Below are positions 1-10,972 of a stretch of DNA of 64,000 bases, one piece after another (position 1 is the stretch's first letter; each line of letters begins with the position of its first letter). A program made the translations under genes and the position numbers. Under the pieces are notes generated by a model. It saw nothing but the letters and a program-made list of their open reading frames with translations, was not told the DNA's origin and searched no databases. The DNA comes from Octopus sinensis (Eukaryota), in the NCBI RefSeq assembly GCF_006345805.1, contig NC_043023.1, positions 19,344,001-19,408,000 of the forward strand, given 5' to 3'.

Positions 1-1695
1 GTATATCACTGCTACTTTATTTTATCAACCCCACAACAATGAAAGGTAAAGTTAGTGTTAGTCTTCTATTATAATTCCATTGACATCTCGGATGTTTTAT
101 AGAATATTAAATCTACCCCAGTATATCACTGCTACTTTATTTTACCAACCCCACAACAATGAAAGGTAAAGTTAGTGTTAGTCTTCTATTATAATTCCAT
201 TGACATCTCGGATGTTTTATAGGAATATTAAATCTACCCCAGTATATCACTGCTACTTTATTTTATCAACCCACAACAATGAAAGGTAAAGTTAGTGTGA
301 GTCTTCTATTATAATTCCATTGACATCTTGGATGTTTTATAGGAATATTAAATCTACCCCAGTATATCACTGCTACTTTATTTTATCAACCCCACAACAA
401 TGAAAGGTAAAGTTAGTGTTAGTCTTCTATTATAATTCCATTGACATCTTGGATGTTTTATAGGAATATTAAATCTACCCCAGTATATCACTGCTACTTT
501 ATTTTATCAACCCCACAACAATGAAAGGTAAAGTTAGTGTTAGTCTTCTATTATAATTCCATTGACATCTTGGATGTTTTATAGGAATATTAAATCTACC
601 CCAGTATATCACTGCTACTTTATTTATATCAACCCCACAACAATGAAAGGTAAAGTTAGTGTTAGTCTCTATTATAATTCCATTGACATCTCGGATGTTT
701 TATAGGAATATTAAATCTACCCCCAGTATATCACTGCTACTTTATTTTATCCACCCCACAACAATGAAAGGTAAAGTTAGTGTCAGTCTTCTATTATAAT
801 TCCATTGACATCTCGGATGTTTTATAGGAATATTAAATCTACCCCAGTATATCACTGCTACTTTATTTTATCCACCCCACAACAATGAAAGGTAAAGTTA
901 GTGTCAGTCTTCTATTATAATTCCATTGACATCTCGGATGTTTTATAGGAATATTAAATCTACCCCAGTATATCACTGCTACTTTATTTTATCAACCCCA
1001 CAACAATGAAAGGTAAAGTTAGTGTTAGTCTTCTATTATAATTCCATTGACATCTTGGATGTTTTATAGAATATTAAATCTACCCCAGTATATCACTGCT
1101 ACTTTATTTTATCAACCCCACAACAATGAAAGGTAAAGTTAGTGTTAGTCTTCTATTATAATTCCATTGACATCTTGGATGTTTTATAGGAATATTAAAT
1201 CTACCCCAGTATATCACTGCTACTTTATTTTATCACCCCACAACAATGAAAGGTAAAGTTAGTGTTAGTCTTCTATTATAATTCCATTGACATCTCGGAT
1301 GTTTTATAGGAATATTAAATCTACCCCAGTATATCACTGCTACTTTATTTTACCAACCCCACAACAATGAAAGGTAAAGTTAGTGTTAGTCTTCTATTAT
1401 AATTCCATTGACATCTCGGATGTTTTATAGGAATATTAAATCTACCCCAGTATATCACTGCTACTTTATTTTATCCACCCCACAACAATGAAAGGTAAAG
1501 TTAGTGTCAGTCTTCTATTATAATTCCATTGACATCTCGGATGTTTTATAGGAATATTAAATCTACCCCAGTATATCACTGCTACTTTATTTTATCCACC
1601 CCACAACAATGAAAGGTAAAGTTAGTGTTAGTCTTCTATTATAATAGGAATATTTAATCTACCCCAGTATATCACTGCTACTTTATCAACCCCAG
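1..1695. repeat. Tandem array of a 120-121 bp unit, about 14 copies, truncated by the window edge
   Basis: gtatatcactgc recurs at 1, 121, 242, 362, 483, 604, 726, 847, 968, 1088, 1209, 1329, 1450, 1571 and 1667. Confidence 0.97.
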
Positions 1696-2068
1696 AAGGA
1701 CAATAGTGTCCAAAGATACAACTCCAAGAATGGGAATGGAACCCATCATTTCTTGAACGAGTTTAGTTACCTAACCACTGTGGCATGCATCATCTCATCC
1801 CTTTTGTAGCAAACCACCCATTAAGTGTTAACTTAGTAGAGGAGGAGTAAGGGACGAAGAAGGGGAAGGAAGAAAGGAAAAAAAAAAAGAATGAGAAAAA
1901 GGAAGAAGAGAAACAGGAAGAATAGGAATGAAAAGGAAATAAAGGAAAGAGGAAAAAATAAAAGAGAAACGGAAAATAAGGAGAGGAAAATAATGTGGAG
2001 AAGAAAGAAGAACAAGGATGACAAAAAAAAGGATGACGTAGATAAAAAGGTGACATAGAAGGGGTTAC

Positions 2069-2181
2069 CTGCACTGGCGTCTTGTACTGCACGAGAAATC
2101 GCACTACTGGAGACAGTTTTGTTTCGCTGGAAAATCTCCTCGAATTCTTGTTCGCTGATGGCAGGGGATGCAGATTCATGT
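2069..2181 (-). CDS. CPSF6: CPSF6/7 exon (113 nt): [38 protein letters not shown]; the gene continues beyond position 1
   Basis: Acceptor ccatctcccttcag, donor GTAACC. Matches human [31 protein letters not shown]. Confidence 0.97.
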
Positions 2182-2657
2182 CTGAAGGGAGATGGAGATG
2201 GAACATATTTAGAAATAATAATAATAATAATAATGAGAAAAAAAAAAAGGCATCTAGGTGCAGGTGTGGCCATGTGGTAAGAAGCTTGCTTCCCAACCAC
2301 AGGCTTCCTGTTTCAATCCCACTGTGTAGCACCTTGGGTAAGCGCCTTGTGCTATAGCTTCGAGCTGACCAAAGCATTGCAAGTGGATTTGGTAGACGGA
2401 AACTGAAAGAACAGCATTTTCAAGGGATGAGAAAATCAATTACATCGTCCCCATTGTTTGACTGTTACTTAATTTATCGACCCAGGAAAGGATGAAAGGC
2501 AAAGTTGACCTCGGCAGAATTTGAACTCGGAATATAAAGACAGATGAAATGCCACAAAACATTTCGCCTGGCGTGCTAACGAAATAATAATAATAATAAT
2601 AATACAGGCGCAAATCCTGAAATTAGAGAAGGAATAAAAATAGAAATTGAAAGTCAC

Positions 2658-2746
2658 CTTTCTGGGGGTCTGCCATAAGGATCATTGGGGTAAGCAGCAG
2701 GGGGAGGTGGCCTGACGTACATGTCTCCAGGTTGTGAATGGGGTGG
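2658..2746 (-). CDS. CPSF6: CPSF6/7 exon (89 nt): PPHSQPGDMYVRPPPPAAYPNDPYGRPPER
   Basis: Acceptor gcttttatttcag, donor GTGACT. DPYGRPP matches human CPSF6, and the exon supplies the phase 0 to 2 change its neighbours require. Confidence 0.92.
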
Positions 2747-2824
2747 CTGAAATAAAAGCAGAGTGAGAGGATATATTAAAGGGTTTTAATGGGAAGTAAA
2801 TGGAAATTTGTCTGGAAGATGAAG

Positions 2825-3475
2825 AATAAATGGGGGGGGGAGAAGAGAGACAAGGGGGGAGGAGAGAAATGGGGGGAGACGGTGGAAGAGAAGAGAGAGA
2901 AGTGGAGTGAAGGAAGGGGGAGTGGAGAGAGGGAAGAGGGAAGGGGAGAGAGAGAAGGGGGAAGTGGAGAGAGGGAAGGGGGAAGTGGAGAGAGGGAAGG
3001 GGGAAGTGGAGAGAGAGATGGGGAAGTGGATAGAGAGAAGAGGAAAGTGGAGAGAGAGAAGGGGGAAGTGGAGAGAAAGAATGGAGGGAAGTGGAGAGAA
3101 TGGAGAAAGGGAAGAGGGAGTGGAGAGAGGGAAGGGGGAAAGGAAGAGAGGGAAGGGGAAGTGGAGAGAAGGGGAGGGGAGGGGAGAGGGAAGGGGGAAA
3201 GGAGGAGAGGGAAGAGGAAGGGGAGAGAGAGAAGGGGGAAGTGGAGAGAGGGAAGGGGGAAAGGAGGAGAGGGAAGAGGAAGTGGAGAGAAAGGGAGGGG
3301 AGAGGGGGAAGTGGAGAGCAAGAATAGGGGAAGTGGAAAGGGAGAGAGAGAAGGGTGAAAGGAAGAGAGGGAAGGGGGAAATGGATAGAGAGAAAGGAAG
3401 GGGAGAGAATATAAAGGAGATGAGAGAAATGGGGGGGAAGAGAGAGAGAGAGAGAGAGAGCAGGAGTGGGTAGAA
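2825..3475. repeat. Polypurine (GA-rich) low-complexity tract, degenerate unit of about 21 bp (agagagggaagggggaagtgg)
   Basis: Almost only G and A on the plus strand for about 650 bp. Confidence 0.9.
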
Positions 3476-3944
3476 AGACATATATTTAGAGAGACAAGAA
3501 GAAAAACACTATCACCAGCCAAGACCCCGACACAAACCACACTACCACAACCGGCCCCTCTGTCAGTTACGACAGGAAGGGTCCCAGTTGATCTGATCAA
3601 CGGAACAGCTTATTCATGAAATCCACATCCAAGTGGCCGAGTACTCCACAGACAACACGTAATCTTAACCCTCAGAACCCCCAACGGCCACCATTCCAGC
3701 TGCCAGCCACAGATACAAAGACCCTACCAACCGCTTTACCAGCTGTCACATTGTACTGTTTACAAATACCCTAGCAGCGGCTGCTTTACAGGCCAGTATT
3801 TTCTGCGTTGGAAATCCAGGCAGTAACTGCTGGTTTGACTGGCACCACAAGCACCAGTACTGGCAATAAACAGGGAAAAAAAAGGGTTAAAGATAATGTT
3901 GCCCTCTATTTGGCATTTTATTTCAATATGAGAGACAGAAAACA

Positions 3945-5474
3945 GATCTTTTCGGTTTCACCGGCAGTTTTTTAACATAATTTCTAGGTAAATAAAAAAA
4001 TTTTAATTTCCTATACTGGTAGAATGTGTTTATAAAACATCTTTTTCTCTTGGCTTTATTGAGACAATTCTATAGTTTGTAAGATATTTGAGTCTTTTCA
4101 GTTTGAACGGCAGTTTTTTAAAATAATTTCCACATAACTAAACACTTTTAAACTTCGTATACTGGTAGAATGTGTTTATAAAACATCTTTTTCTCTTGGC
4201 TTTATTGAGACAATTCTATAGTTTGTAAGATATTTGGGTCTTTTCAGTTTGAACGGCAGTTTTTTAAAATAATTTCCACATAACTAAACACTTTTAAACT
4301 TCGTATACTGGTAGAATGTGTTTATAAAACATCTTTTTCTCTTGGCTTTATTGAGAAAATTCTATAGTTTGTAAGATATTTGGGTCTTTTCGGTTTGAAC
4401 GGCAGTTTTTTAACATAATTTCCACGTAACTAAACACTTTTAAACTTCGTATACTGGTAGAATGTGTTTATAAAACATCTTTTTCTCTTGGCTTTATTGA
4501 GAAAATTCTATAGTTTGTAAGATATTTGGGTCTTTTCAGTTTGAACGGCAGTTTTTTAAAATAATTTCCACATAACTAAACACTTTTAAACTTCGTATAC
4601 TGGTAGAATGTGTTTATAAAACATCTTTTTCTCTTGGCTTTATTGAGAAAATTCTATAGTTTGTAAGATATTTGGGTCTTTTCGGTTTGAACGGCAGTTT
4701 TTTAACATAATTTCCACGTAACTAAACACTTTTAAACTTCGTATACTGGTAGAATGTGTTTATAAAACATCTTTTTCTCTTAGCTTTATTGAGAAAATTC
4801 TATAGTTTGTAAGATATTTGGGTCTTTTCAGTTTGACCGGCAGTTTTTTAAAATAATTTCCACGTAACTAAACACTTTTAAACTTCGTATACTGGTAGAA
4901 TATATTTATAAAACATCTTTTTCTCTTGGCTTTATTGAGAAAATTCTATAGTTTGTAAGATATTTGTTGTTTTTTTTTCTGCAATTTCAACCAATCACTG
5001 ACATCTATTAAGGTAAAAAAACATTCTGTGCCGTATGAATATGTCCCTCGTTTAAGAAATAGGATCTTTTCGGTTTGAACGGCAGTTTTTAAAAATAATT
5101 TCCACGTAACTAAACACTTTTAAACTTCGTATACTGGTAGAATGTGTTTATAAAACATCTTTTACTCTTGGCTTTATTGAGAAAATTCTATAGTTTGTAA
5201 GATATTTGTTTTTGTTTTCCTTCAATTTCTGCAATTTCAACCAATCACTGACGTCTATTGAGGTAAAAAAAACATTCTGTGCCATATGAATATGTCACTC
5301 GTTTAAGAAACAGATTGGGTTTATTTACATTTCTGAAAAAAAAAAATGATACCCTTCCCCTCACCCCTAACCCTAAAACAGATTGAAATGCAATAGATCA
5401 ATACTAGGGTCATAATTATGGGTGACAATTTCATATGACACTGCTAGAAAAAACTGTTCAAACCGAAAAGATCC
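3945..5474. mobile_element. Non-autonomous MULE/Foldback-like DNA element with an internal 146-bp tandem array
   Basis: TIRs gatcttttcggttt / aaaccgaaaagatc. 9-bp TSD cagaaaaca at 3936-3944 and 5475-5483. Units start at about 3945, 4092, 4238, 4384, 4530, 4676, 4822 and 5062. Confidence 0.75.
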
Positions 5475-6176
5475 CAGAAAACACATATTAGTGACACCAA
5501 ATAATATTAGGTGCGGAAAAAGTTTTTTGGCTCTTTTACCCAGGGTTAGGGTGCCGAGGACTATGGATATCTGGGGTTCAGACGGTTAACTCAGTTCTGA
5601 GGGGGATTTAGCGTGATACTGAATGTGACATGGCTGACCTAGTGAATTACAGGTATGACTCCCTTTTGTCAGCCGAGTGGACTGAGCAGCAAGAAATAAC
5701 TGGGACTCGGTCAGTTATGATGACAAGGGTTCCAGTCGACCCAATTAAAAGGACTGCTTGCTTGTGAAATTCAACGTGCAAGGGGCTGAGCACCCTACAG
5801 ACATGTGCAACCTTAATGTCACTCTCCGGAGATTCAGCGTGTCACAGAATGGGACAGGGCTGACCCTTTGAAATACAGGTACAAGTCATTTTTGCCAGGT
5901 GAGTGGACTGGAGCAATAAAGTGAAATAATGAATGGAACAAGTAAAAGAGACAAGATATTAAAAGATATTACATGGTTTGCATGGAATTTGACGTCTGGG
6001 TCCAAGAAAGGTAGGGTTTCAAATTGCCCAACAGGAATCTGGAAATAAAAAAAAAACAAAAAAACCAGTTTTTAGAATTTAATTTTTGGTCCTGAAGGGT
6101 GTCCATAAATTACATTTACAGTTTGATAAACAAATAGAGAGTAATTGTAAGTGACAGAAGTTGTATTAATAATACC

Positions 6177-6409
6177 TATTTTTTTACTACCCACAAGGGG
6201 CTAAACATAGAGAGGACAAACAAGGACAGACAAACGGATTAAGTCGATTATATCGACCCCAGTGTGTAACTGGTACTTATTTAATCGGCCCTGAAAGGAT
6301 GAAAGGCAAAGTTGATCTAGGTGGAATTTGAACTCAGAACGTAGCGGCAGACGAAATACCACAAAGCATTTTGCCCGGCGTGCTAACGTTTCTGCCAGCT
6401 CGCCGCCTT
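6177..6409 (-). mobile_element. SINE family B (about 235 bp)
   Basis: Near-identical to copies at 8415, 21328, 26556, 41310, 46612, 49098 and 57015. Confidence 0.85.
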
Positions 6410-6789
6410 ATCAATTGGTAATATTCATCCCTGCTTAAAAGTGTGTGTTGCGTTAGAACAAACTATACTGCAGTAGATAGCATGAGATTACCTCTCACAT
6501 TGTCTTTTTGGTGCATATAAGCACTCTTGTTTACATCACTAGCAGGGGAATACCACTAGCACTTTCCCCCAAAATGCTGGCCTTGTGTCAAAATTGGAAA
6601 CCAACACACACACACACCAGGGTTTCTTTCAGTTTTGGTCTATCAAATCCACTCACAAAAAAACTTTGGCCGGCACAGAGATATTGCGGAAGACACCTGG
6701 CCAAGGTATCAGAGGGATTGAACCTAAGACCATGAGGTTGGGAAACAAGCTTCTTGACCCCACAACCACGCCTTTGCCTACAATATATC

Positions 6790-7085
6790 ATCATCATCAT
6801 CATCGTTTAACGTACGTTCTCCATGCTAGCATGGGTTGAACAGTTCGACCAGGGATCTGGGAAGCTAGAAGGCTGTACCAGGCTCCAGTCTGATCTGGCA
6901 GTGTTTCTACAGCTGGATGCCCTTCCTAACGCCAACCACTCCGCGAGTGTAGTGGGTGCTTTTTACCTGCCACCTGCACAGGTGCCAGGCAAAGCTGGCA
7001 ACGGCCACGATCGGATTGGTGTATTTTATGTGCCACCGGCACGGAAGCCAGTCAAGGTGGCGCTGGCATCGGCCACGATTTGGCA
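6790..7085 (-). mobile_element. 5'-truncated RTE LINE 3' end
   Basis: Same sequence and (cat)n tail as the 3' end of the LINE at 61161-61560. Confidence 0.85.
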
Positions 7086-7113
7086 GAGTAAAAAAAAAAA
7101 AAGAAGTGCTTAC

Positions 7114-7244
7114 CATGGGTCCTGTGGGTGGTGGCTGACCATGTTGTGGAGGGAAGAAGGCAGGGTTGACGTGTGGAGCAGGTGTTGGGGGGTGGCCAGG
7201 TGGTGGAGCAGATACTGGAGGGGGTTGATGCAGTGGGGGTCCAC
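7114..7244 (-). CDS. CPSF6: CPSF6/7 exon (131 nt): GGPPLHQPPPVSAPPPGHPPTPAPHVNPAFFPPQHGQPPPTGPM
   Basis: Acceptor tctctttgtttcag, donor GTAAGC. Contains the CPSF6/7 signature PAPHVNPAFFPP. Confidence 0.95.
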
Positions 7245-7415
7245 CTGAAACAAAGAGAAACAAATAAAATTAATTAAATAAATGGAATTGTTTTCATTGA
7301 GGTGAAAAGTTGTAAGAGAGGAAAGATGCTGGGAAGATGAGAGGAAAAGGTCGGAGAAGAGCAGTGATGTGGGAACAATGTGAGGCTAGAGAGACAGAGG
7401 TGGGGGGAGGGTATT

Positions 7416-7454
<39 letters not shown>

Positions 7455-7479
7455 TGGGATAGGTGAGAGGGAGAGAGAT

Positions 7480-8110
7480 AGGAGTGTTACAGTTGGAGGC
7501 AGGGGGTATGGCAGCTAGAGGCAGAGGAGTGTGGTGGCTGGAGGTATGGGGCATGGCAGTTGGAGGCAGGGGGAATAGAAGCTGGAAGCAGGGAGCATGG
7601 CAACTGGAGGCAGGGCAGTATGGCAACTGGAGGTGGGGCAGAAAGGCAACTGGAGGCGGGGCAGTATGGCAACTGGAGGCGGGGCAGTATAGCAACTGGA
7701 GGCAGGGCAGTATGGCAACTGGAGGCGGGGCAATATGGCAACTGGAGGCAGGGCAGTATGGCGACTGGAGGCAGGGAATGTTGCAGTTGGACGCATGGGG
7801 CAAGTTGTTGGAGGCAGGGGATATGGTAGCTGGGGGCAGGGAACATGGCAGCTAGAGACAGGGAATGTGACAGCAAGAGGCAGGGAATGTGGCAGCTGGA
7901 AGCATGGGGTGAGATGCTGGAGGCCGGGGGGTGTGACAACTTGAGGCGGGGAGCATGGTGGCTTGAGACAGAGGGGTGATAACTGGAAAGAGAGAGAGGT
8001 GACAGCTGTAGATAGGGGGCATGACAGTAGGGAGCAGAGGGGTGGAAGCTGGGAAATAGGAGCATGTCAGCTGGAGACAGGTGACATGGTGGAGGCAAGA
8101 ATATGATAGT
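7480..8110. repeat. G-rich minisatellite, 23-bp core ggcaactggaggcrgggcagtat with degenerate flanks
   Basis: About 8 near-perfect units at about 7598-7785, decaying on both sides. Confidence 0.85.
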
Positions 8111-8414
8111 GATGATGATAGGTGATAGTGGTGTTAATAATAATGGTAGGGATACTGGGTGGTGGAGGGAATGGTGGAAGGCATGCCAGTGATGGTGATA
8201 CAATTCAAGGAATACAACTACAACAAGTACATAATTTGAAGTACACAATTTTTCAAGTACATAAATCAACATATACAACAAGTTTAGGGTATATAATTTA
8301 ATGTATACATACAACCTTGTACTGTAACAAATCAAAACAAAGATCGTTACCCCGAGTAATAACAAAAATGTTAACCCAAGCCCCACATGAATTTACCCCA
8401 AACAAAGTATATAC

Positions 8415-8647
8415 CTATTTCTTTACTACCCACAAGGGGCTAAACACAGAGGACACAAACAAGAACAGACAAATGGATTAAGTCCATTATATCGACCCCA
8501 GTTCGTAACCGGTACTTATTTAATCGACACCGAAAGGATGAAAGGCAAAGTCGACCTCAGCGGAATTTGAACTCAGAACGTACCAGCAGACGAAATACGG
8601 CTACGCATTTCGCCCGGCGTGCTAACGTTTCAGCCAGCTCGCCACCT
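8415..8647 (-). mobile_element. SINE family B with a 17-bp TSD
   Basis: caaacaaagtatatacc at 8399-8415 and 8653-8669. Confidence 0.85.
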
Positions 8648-9300
8648 ATATACAAACAAAGTATATACCATCCACACACACATGCCAATCTCTCGACCCC
8701 GAAGACGGAGACTGGTTTTACAGTAAAATCTATATGCATCCACTACTGGTTGCATATTCTTGACTTTTTGCACACTTCATCTGTCAACATTACAACTATC
8801 ACATAATTCTGAGCCCCCAGAAACAGCTGTTGGGCCTAAAATACCAAAGCTTCTCCCCTTAGTTTCCTGCATCTTTTGTTCTATAAATACATAAATTTCT
8901 ATACACTTATACATGAATGTTCATCTGAATCTCTTCAGTTTTTGCTTCTCTGTCTCTCTCTAAATATATATATTTTCTTGTATTTGGGTGTCATTTTGAC
9001 TGCAGCCATGCTGGAGCACCGCCTTTTAGTCCTACAAATGAACCCCAGGACTTATTCTTTGTAAGCTTAGTACCTATTTTATTGATCTTTTTTGCCGAAC
9101 TGCTAAGTCACAGGGACGTAAACACATCAACATGAGTCGTAAAGCAATGGTGAGGTAACAAACACAGACACACAAACATATACACACATTATATATACAA
9201 TAAGCTTCTTTCAGTTTCCATCTACCAAATCCACTCACAATGCTCCAGCAAGGCCAGTCAAATGACAAATAAAAGAATATACATATATGTGTGTGTGTGT

Positions 9301-9349
<49 letters not shown>

Positions 9350-9352
9350 ATA

Positions 9353-9544
9353 CTCAAAATAAGCAACAAGAATGACTCCGGTAATTTGGTACAATTGTTT
9401 CACACTACATCATTTTATTAAAAGTTGTAAGTATTACAGCAGATTTAAGATGCTGATTGCTCATCAGCCAATTATTATATAATTGGCTGATGTGCGAAAC
9501 AATCGTACCAAATTACCGGAGTCATTCTTGTTGCTTATTTTGAT
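9353..9544. mobile_element. MITE with TA flanks (Tc1/mariner-like)
   Basis: 39-bp perfect inverted repeat tcaaaataagcaacaagaatgactccggtaatttggtac. TA on both sides. Internal hairpin catcagccaatta/taattggctgatg. Confidence 0.8.
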
Positions 9545-10242
9545 TATAATCACCCCGCATATTTTTATGGATAACACCATACAAAATTCTGGTGCATCTA
9601 AATTAAGAACCATATTCATTCGAATCTAAATTTTTGCTGAACTATATATATATATCCCTATATGTATTTACATGTATATATGTATGTTATCTTTTACTTG
9701 TTTCAGTCATTAGACCACAGCCATGCTGGGGCATCGCCTTGAAGAATTATTTTTAGCCAAATGAATCAAGCCCTATACTTATTTTTTCTTTCTGTAACCC
9801 TGGTACTTATTCTATCAGTCTCTTTTGCAGAACCGCTAAATTACGAGGACATAAACACACCAACACCAGCTGTGAAGCAGGAGTGGGGGAGGGGTGGCAG
9901 AAACACAGTCACAAAGATGCACACACAGACACACAACGAGCTTCTTTCAGTTTCCGTCTACCAAATCCACCCACGTGCTTTGCTCAGCCCAAGGCACTTG
10001 CCCAAGGTGCCATGCAGTGGGACTGAACCCCCGAACCATGTGATTGGGAAGCAAGCGTCTTACTGTACAGCCATGCTTGAACTTATATATATATATATAT
10101 ATATATTTTATATATCAAACCCAAATGTGTTTATCTGCAGCATTCTCTCTCTCTCTTTACACACACATTTCCCAAAATAACAGATTTTATCCCAAATGCA
10201 GAAATTGTTATTCTTAGCAGACAAACTTGTTAACCCCAAAAG

Positions 10243-10972
10243 TTAACCCTTTCGTTACTGTATTTATTTTGAGATGCTCTGTGTTTCTTTCAATTACTTT
10301 AAACATAACAAAGAATTTAGTAAAATAACTTAGTTATCATTCAGCTAGTGTTAGGAACATAAATTGTGACTAAGGTTTGGTGGAAGATTTTAATTAAAAC
10401 CTTATGAAAACAAGACATTTGTACTCAGAGCCAGAGCCAGTTTCAGCCGGGTTGGTATCAAAAGGGTTAAGAATTGTTTCTCTATTATATATTTTAACCC
10501 TTTTGTTACCATATTTCTGTTGAGATGCTCTGTGTTTGTTTCAATTAATTTTAAATATAACAAAGAATTTAGTAAAATAACTTAGTTATCATTAAGCTAG
10601 TGTTAGGAACATAAATTGTGACTAAGGTTTGGTGGAAGATTTTAATTAAAACCTTATGAAAACAAGACATTTGTACTCAGAGCCAGAGCCAGTTTCAGCC
10701 GGGTTGGTATCAAAAGGGTTAAGAATTGTTTCTCTATTATATATTTTAACCCTTTTGTTAGCATATTTCTGTTGAGATGCTCTGTGTTTCTTTCAATTAA
10801 TTTTAAATATAAAGAATTTAGCAAAATAACTTAGTTATCATTAAGCTAGTGTTAGGAACATAAATTGTGACTAAGGTTTGGTGGAAGATTTTAATTCAAA
10901 ACTTATGAAAACAAGACATTTGTACGGCAGAGCCAAGGCCGGTTTTAGCCGGGTTGGTAACGAAAGGGTTAA
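10243..10972. mobile_element. Three tandem piggyBac-like MITEs (TTAA|CCCT...AGGG|TTAA), about 220 bp each
   Basis: Copies at 10247-10466, 10498-10718 and 10750-10968, each flanked by TTAA, with an identical spacer between them. Confidence 0.85.

Noticed and set aside
1-1695. CRISPR-like array
   Set aside because: The units repeat in full with no unique spacers, the context is a eukaryotic intron, and there are no cas genes.
2776-3600. Pro/Leu/Ser-rich and Glu/Arg/Gly-rich ORFs
   Set aside because: Artefacts of the polypurine tract, open on both strands.
5360-5560. Telomeric TTAGGG repeats
   Set aside because: Only one or two isolated units, within or beside a transposon end; not an interstitial telomeric array.
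7294-8386. Overlapping ORFs of up to 299 aa
   Set aside because: They arise from the 23-bp minisatellite; the peptides are repetitive and there is no splice or domain support.
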